Under the pieces are notes generated by a model. It did not search any database, had not been told where the DNA came from, and saw only the letters and a program-made list of their open reading frames with translations. Positions 6,460 through 11,681 of a stretch of DNA of 11,681 nucleotides are shown piece by piece. A program made the translations under genes and the position numbers. The stretch comes from Candidatus Undinarchaeales archaeon (lineage in GTDB: Archaea > SpSt-1190 > JASMDC01). The first letter of the stretch is position 1. The number at the start of each line of letters is the position of its first letter. The stretch covers positions 1 to 11,681 of the forward strand of contig JASMDC010000066.1 in assembly GCA_030753015.1 (NCBI GenBank), in the 5' to 3' direction.

Positions 6460-9201
6460 CTAGTCGTATGCCTCTTCCCACATCCGCTCTTGGGCCTTCC
6501 GCACTTCCGTGAGGACAAGTATCGCAACACCCGCTAGAGTCAGCTTTGCCGCATCGGCCAGAGGGAGCAGGGAGGTGCCGAGCATCCCTGCTACCGGGGT
6601 GAAGACCACGACCGCTAATATCACTGCTGAGGCGAGCACCGAGATGAGGAGCGAGGGATTGGATAGCGGATTGATATGGACCAGGGACACCCTGTGGGTC
6701 CGGCACCCGAATGCCAGGAAGAGCTGCATGAGCACGAAGAGCGTGAAGACCGAAACACGCGCCACACCCAGATCACCGGCATCGAGGTATCTCTGGAAGA
6801 GCCATAGACAGGAACCGGCGATGACAAGCCCGTAGAGGACGACGTCGGTAATGATGTCACGAGAGAGAAGCTTCTCAGTCGGGTTCCTCGGCGGCCGGTT
6901 CATGATCGACCGCACTGGTGGCTCCAGACCAAGAGCGAGTGCGGGGGGGCCGTCCATCACGATGTTTATGAGAAGGATCTGGATGGGAGTGAGCGGAGCC
7001 GGCATCCCGATCGCCGTTGCGACGAACATGAGCGTGAGAGCTGCGACGTTCGCGGTCAGCTGGAACCGGAGGAACTTACGTAGGTTCGTGTAGATAGTGC
7101 GCCCCTCTTTCACAGCGGTCACGATCGTCGCGAAGTTGTCGTCGGCCAGGATCATATCGGCCGTCTCCTTGGCCACGTCGGTGCCGATGATCGCCATGGA
7201 CACACCGATGTCGGCCTTGCTGAGAGCCGGCGCATCATTGACACCGTCACCTGTCATGGCGACGATGTGGCCCTTGGCCTTGAGCGCCTCGAGGATCCGC
7301 ACCTTGTGCTCCGGGGTCACCCTGGAGAACACATTGCATTGCAAGACCTTCTCTCCGAAAGCCTTGTCGTCCATCTCATCGATCTCTGAGCCGGTACACG
7401 CCTCATCGTTATCTTCGAGGATGTCCAGCTCGCGGGCAACTGCCATCGCTGTGTGCTTCTGATCGCCCGTGATCATGACCACCCGTATACCAGCGGCCCT
7501 GCACTGTGCAACCGCGTCGTGGACCTCGGCCCGAGCGGGATCGATCATTCCCACCAGACCTGCGAACACCAAGCCGGTAGGATCGTCCTTCCGGTTGTCA
7601 TCACCGTAGGCGAAAGCAAGCACTCGCATGGCCTTCTCGCAGAAAGCGTCGTTGACTTCCTCGATGCATGCCACCTGATCCGGGCCGAGTGGAAGTGACT
7701 TACCATCGAAGTATACATGGTCGCACATGTCGAGCACGACATCAAGGGCGCCCTTCACGAACGTCACGGTGGCGCCCGATTCGTGGTCCTGATGCACCGT
7801 CACCATGTGTCGGATATCGGACTCGAAGGGCACCTCATCGATCCGCTTGAGCCTCTTGGTGAGTATATCGGTCGCTCCGGCCTTGTAGCCGAGGACCTTC
7901 AGGGCAGCTTCGGTTGGATCACCGATCGCCTCACCGTCCACGAGAGCCGCGTTGTTGCATAGAAAGGCCACTTCGGCGAGCGGGAAGAGCTCCTCTGGAT
8001 CAGCCTGGGCCTGACGACCGTTGACATCGGTAGCGGCCTCGCCCGCGGCATCGGCACTGTGACAGCCTGCGCTCACATCGGGATCGAAGAAGAAGTCACC
8101 GTGATGGGAATATCCGTCACCGGTGACCAAGAAGCTCCGCCCGTTGAAGAACACCTCGCGAACGGTCATCTTGTTATGGGTCAACGTTCCCGTCTTGTCC
8201 GAGCAGATGACCGTTGTGCACCCGAGCGTCTCGACCGCTGGAAGCTGTTTGACGATCGCCTTCTCTTCAGCCATCCGTCGCATACCCAAGGCGAGCGTGA
8301 CCGTCACGACCGTCGGTAGCCCTTCCGGGATCGCTGCCACGGCAAGGCTCACGGAAACAGAGAACACCTCAACGATGTCATGTCCGGACATCATCGACAG
8401 CACGAAGAAGAGCGTGCACACCAGCACTGCGAAAGCGCCCAGCTTCTTGGCCAGGTCCGCGATCTGAACCTGGAGTGGAGTGGGCCCGGGCTCCTCGGCG
8501 ACGATGCTGGCGATCCTGCCCATCTCCGTGTCGATACCGGTGCCGATGATAACGGCCACGGCCCTCCCACGTGTCACATGCGTCCCCATGTAGACCATGT
8601 TGGTCCTCTCGGCCAGGGGCACATCGTTTGTGATCCGGTCCGCCCGCTTGGCCACAGGGAGCGACTCCCCGGTAAGGGACGACTCGTCAACCTGGAACGA
8701 GTAGGCCTCGATGAGGCGGGCATCGGCGGGGACCTTCTCACCCTCCTCCAGAAGAAGGATGTCTCCAGGGACGATATCAGCTACATCGACGATCTCTTCG
8801 GTGTCATCGCGTAGCATTCGCGCCGTGAAGCTGGACATCTGCTTCAGCGCGTCCACCGAGCGTCGGGACATGATCTCCTGGCGGAACCCGAGCGAGCAGT
8901 TCAGCACTGTCGCCAGGAATATACCCACCGCATCCTTGGTCTTCCCGACAAAGTAGGATACGATAGCGGACACCAGGAGAAGGAGGATGAGCGGCTCAAG
9001 GAACTGATCGAGGAGCAGGCGCCATGCAGGCCGTCGCTCCGCCTCAGGAAGCTTGTTTTGCCCGAAGCGGTCCAGGCGTTCGGCCGTTTGTCGGTCCGAG
9101 AGCCCAGCAAGGGTCGTCCCCATCTCCACGAGCACGTCATCTAATCGCTTCTTGTACATAGGATCGTCCGCGGCCACGAGAGGCGGGTGGTCAACGACCA
9201 T
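6460..9201 (-). CDS. Type II P-type cation ATPase, Ca2+/Mn2+ SPCA/PMR1-like (pump 2)
   Basis: TGES, AIPEGLP, CSDKTGTLT, KGALD, DPAR, MITGD, TGDGVNDAPAL, M5 FQLTANVAAL, M6 INIVMDGPPALALG; GGAGGT SD just upstream of ATG 9201. Confidence 0.96.
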   Translation of the reverse strand: MVVDHPPLVAADDPMYKKRLDDVLVEMGTTLAGLSDRQTAERLDRFGQNKLPEAERRPAWRLLLDQFLEPLILLLLVSAIVSYFVGKTKDAVGIFLATVLNCSLGFRQEIMSRRSVDALKQMSSFTARMLRDDTEEIVDVADIVPGDILLLEEGEKVPADARLIEAYSFQVDESSLTGESLPVAKRADRITNDVPLAERTNMVYMGTHVTRGRAVAVIIGTGIDTEMGRIASIVAEEPGPTPLQVQIADLAKKLGAFAVLVCTLFFVLSMMSGHDIVEVFSVSVSLAVAAIPEGLPTVVTVTLALGMRRMAEEKAIVKQLPAVETLGCTTVICSDKTGTLTHNKMTVREVFFNGRSFLVTGDGYSHHGDFFFDPDVSAGCHSADAAGEAATDVNGRQAQADPEELFPLAEVAFLCNNAALVDGEAIGDPTEAALKVLGYKAGATDILTKRLKRIDEVPFESDIRHMVTVHQDHESGATVTFVKGALDVVLDMCDHVYFDGKSLPLGPDQVACIEEVNDAFCEKAMRVLAFAYGDDNRKDDPTGLVFAGLVGMIDPARAEVHDAVAQCRAAGIRVVMITGDQKHTAMAVARELDILEDNDEACTGSEIDEMDDKAFGEKVLQCNVFSRVTPEHKVRILEALKAKGHIVAMTGDGVNDAPALSKADIGVSMAIIGTDVAKETADMILADDNFATIVTAVKEGRTIYTNLRKFLRFQLTANVAALTLMFVATAIGMPAPLTPIQILLINIVMDGPPALALGLEPPVRSIMNRPPRNPTEKLLSRDIITDVVLYGLVIAGSCLWLFQRYLDAGDLGVARVSVFTLFVLMQLFLAFGCRTHRVSLVHINPLSNPSLLISVLASAVILAVVVFTPVAGMLGTSLLPLADAAKLTLAGVAILVLTEVRKAQERMWEEAYD

Positions 9202-9208
9202 TTTAAAA

Positions 9209-9242
9209 ACCTCCCCCTCAAGAGTATATACGAGTATTTATC
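9209..9242 (-). promoter_or_regulatory. RBS and candidate TATA elements upstream of pump 2
   Basis: The - strand reads GATAAATACTCGTATATACTCTTGAGGGGGAGGT before TTTTAAAATG. Confidence 0.5.
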
Positions 9243-9258
9243 TACACGTGAGGAATCC

Positions 9259-10536
9259 CTACGCTATGGGGGTCAGCACGTACATGCTGGATGTCGACTC
9301 CTCAGTGTCGGGCACGTGCTCAGGTGTGCAGATGCCGAAGGAATCGAGAACGTCGCAACCACCACATCTCTCGGGTGCGGTCTCACAAGCGGCCGTCTTG
9401 GGCCCGGGCTCGTAGTCGATGAGACAAGATAGCTTGTTGCCACAGTCCATCATCAGCTTGGATTTGAGGGCCGCGGCAGTTAGCTCTTGCTGATCTGGCA
9501 GCTTGTGGCTCGCTGCCTCCAGTCGGTCGCACAGCACGGTCTTCACGGACACGTCAGCGTCATAACCGAACTCCTGCTTGAAGGTCTTGTCCGCCTCCTT
9601 GTACTTCTCCATCAGGTTCTTAGAGCTTCCTTGGAGCCCCGCCATGTCCGACAGGTGCTGACGGCACACAACCGGCCACTTTTCGAAAGGGGCGCGGCGA
9701 CACTGCATATCGAACTTCTTCTTCACCGCGACCATCGCCTTGAGGTTGAGGGCGATGTCCTGCATGTTCTCAAGATAGTCGTCCACGGCGTCGGTGCTCC
9801 TCTTCAGTTCACGCGAAATCTCGCAGAAGCTCTCGAGGTCCGCGAAGTCCTTGGCCACATCGGATGCCTTTCCCTTGAGCCTTAGCCACCAGTCCTTGAG
9901 GGAGAAGGTACCACCTATCCCACAACTCTCCTTGATACAGTCCACCCGATTCTTGCACTCGGCCACCCGCCGTTCCATGTTCTGTAGGCACAGGGCCTCC
10001 TTCATCTGGTCGTTCATACCCTCGCCGAACGCCTCTATCCGGTAGAGTTCCACCGCATTGTCGGGATCCGCGCACACCGCGTCGATGTCGATCCCGTCCG
10101 GATCGATGTCGGTGATGGTCTCCTTGAACTCCTCGACCGTACGATCGGTACCGAGCCGGCAGAGGGCCCGGAACTCCTCGATGCGGTCCTCACAGGTCGT
10201 GCAGAGTGAGTGAGCATAGTACCGCACCTCGTGGAACTCCCTACCAAGGATGCAGAGCAGGAGTTCCTTCTTGGTCAAGTAGGCAAAGGTCTGGCCCATG
10301 AACTCAGCGGTCGTCGACGCACTGGTGAACGAGGGGCAGGCCTTCATGCCAAGGTCCGCCGAGAAGTCCTTGAGGTCGGCCTTGTACGACATCCCTATGG
10401 CCTCTTCCTCCAGTAGTACAGCCTTGCACGTCTCCTGCTCGAAGGGCGGTGGGACGCACTCGACGGCCATGCCCGGGAGGGTGAGCATAAGGACGACTAA
10501 TATTGCGATCATAGCCGGGCAGCGGTAGCTATCCAC
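9259..10536 (-). CDS. Hypothetical exported Cys-rich, mainly helical protein (~425 aa)
   Basis: Hydrophobic signal-like stretch MIAILVVLMLTLPGMA followed by 22 Cys. Likely start is GTG 10536 (GGAGGAGGG upstream, 8-nt overlap with the previous gene) or ATG 10512. Confidence 0.8.
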   Translation of the reverse strand: MDSYRCPAMIAILVVLMLTLPGMAVECVPPPFEQETCKAVLLEEEAIGMSYKADLKDFSADLGMKACPSFTSASTTAEFMGQTFAYLTKKELLLCILGREFHEVRYYAHSLCTTCEDRIEEFRALCRLGTDRTVEEFKETITDIDPDGIDIDAVCADPDNAVELYRIEAFGEGMNDQMKEALCLQNMERRVAECKNRVDCIKESCGIGGTFSLKDWWLRLKGKASDVAKDFADLESFCEISRELKRSTDAVDDYLENMQDIALNLKAMVAVKKKFDMQCRRAPFEKWPVVCRQHLSDMAGLQGSSKNLMEKYKEADKTFKQEFGYDADVSVKTVLCDRLEAASHKLPDQQELTAAALKSKLMMDCGNKLSCLIDYEPGPKTAACETAPERCGGCDVLDSFGICTPEHVPDTEESTSSMYVLTPIA

Positions 10537-11680
10537 GGCTGCATCCCTCCTCCCATCCACCGGGATTCTGTACGAGTGAAACAGGGCTCTGGGCAAGGAC
10601 CGTGGTCCCCTTCCTCAGCTGGAGGATCGCCGACGTCGGAACGGCAGGGAGTGCACCGTCCTGACATCCTGTCGCGAAGGACGTGCGGATGAGCACGCCG
10701 CGCGGAGTGGAGAGCATGCTCGCCACATTCCCCTTGACGGTCCGGGGACCGGCCGTTATCTCAGGTACCACGGACCGCTCGTTGAGCCCTTCGGTGCCAT
10801 CGGCCTCAACGGTCACGTACACGTCCAGGTCGAATCCGTGGACGAGCTGGAGCTGGAACACCCGGGGAGGATCCACACCCACTATCTCCATGGCGAGAGG
10901 GATCGAGGTGAGAACTAACACGGGGAGGATCGAAGTGCCACGTCGGCCGAGGCTATCGATGCTGAACGTCAACTTATGCTGCCCCAAGGGCGCATCATCG
11001 TGCTGGAGCAAGGCTCTGAGAACGCCCCTGCGTCCGTCCTCGCCCAGCTCGAGCCCGGCGATGGGAGCTATCCGGGTCTTGCCATTGACAGTGAAGTTGA
11101 GCTGCATCTCGGAGCGGCGTACTTCTGTAACCGCCTCATCGCTCCCCTGATAATCGATCGTGAAGGGGAGGGTGAGGGTGGCCCCATTCCGTATGGCTTT
11201 TTCGCTCACCTGCCTCTTGTCGTCGAGGAACGCCACATCGAGCTTGCGGTACTGCTCGGGGAAGGGAACGGATACTTGGGTCGTGAGCGCGAGCACTTCG
11301 TCAGCGTAATCTATGACCACTTTGAGCTTCTCGTATCCCGGGGTAAGGGAGTTGACATCGAACGCGGTCGTGATCTTGTGCTCGACACCGTTACGCTTAT
11401 GCTCGATGGCGCTTGCAGGTACGCCGCCAAGGGTCACGGTGAAGTCGTCCTTACGGGGGACTAGTTGTGGTGGGTTCACGACGACACCGAACGTCACGAT
11501 ACCGTCCTCCACGTCACCTATCTTGGTGAGGTGTGCGAGCATCGTCGGCCGCACGCACCCGTCGGCCTGGCAGAGCTGGGCCAGGCGGCAGGTGGCCACG
11601 AGCGCTCCTTCATGGAGACAGCCACATTCCTTGAAGAAACAGACCTGGCCCGAGTCCACGCAACCGATCTCCTTGTCCCC
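10529..11680 (-). CDS. 5'-partial hypothetical protein: Cys-rich module followed by beta-rich, Ig-like-appearing domains
   Basis: Frame stays open to the window edge (GDKEIGCVDSGQVCFFKECGC...TCRLAQLCQADGCVRP); the rest has alternating hydrophobic beta-strand patterns; stop overlaps the next gene's likely start. Confidence 0.8.
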   Translation of the reverse strand, partial: GDKEIGCVDSGQVCFFKECGCLHEGALVATCRLAQLCQADGCVRPTMLAHLTKIGDVEDGIVTFGVVVNPPQLVPRKDDFTVTLGGVPASAIEHKRNGVEHKITTAFDVNSLTPGYEKLKVVIDYADEVLALTTQVSVPFPEQYRKLDVAFLDDKRQVSEKAIRNGATLTLPFTIDYQGSDEAVTEVRRSEMQLNFTVNGKTRIAPIAGLELGEDGRRGVLRALLQHDDAPLGQHKLTFSIDSLGRRGTSILPVLVLTSIPLAMEIVGVDPPRVFQLQLVHGFDLDVYVTVEADGTEGLNERSVVPEITAGPRTVKGNVASMLSTPRGVLIRTSFATGCQDGALPAVPTSAILQLRKGTTVLAQSPVSLVQNPGGWEEGCSRG

Positions 11681-11681
11681 G

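Noticed and set aside
3807-9140. Many overlapping and antisense ORFs within the ATPases (e.g. 4053-5000)
   Set aside because: Expected from GC-rich codon bias; the real frames are fixed by P-type motifs.
9202-9261. TAG readthrough fusing the Cys-rich protein to in-frame pump 2 (five of eight genes end in TAG)
   Set aside because: An in-frame TAA occurs seven codons after the TAG; TAG behaves as an ordinary stop and no pyl genes are visible.
10537-10596. ORF-track start at 10596 for the Cys-rich protein
   Set aside because: Long overlap with the upstream gene; the RBS and signal-like segment favour 10536 or 10512.

Overview
GC-rich, gene-dense prokaryotic window that looks archaeal (deoxyhypusine synthase, TATA-box promoters, GGTGA/GGAGG ribosome-binding sites); the lineage cannot be named from sequence alone. 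The + strand carries a PfkB kinase, a 164-aa orphan with 17-aa tandem repeats, deoxyhypusine synthase, a PH-like protein with a Gln/Pro/Trp repeat tail, and a type II P-type ATPase. The - strand carries a second, convergent type II P-type ATPase and two Cys-rich, probably exported proteins, the last cut by the window edge. The ~440 nt from 55 to 494 look non-coding and contain many hairpins. The best leads are the repeat orphan beside DHS, the tail-to-tail pair of SPCA/PMR1-like pumps, the PH plus low-complexity protein, and the possible structured RNA. I saw no tRNA, rRNA, CRISPR array or mobile element. All functional links proposed are hypotheses.
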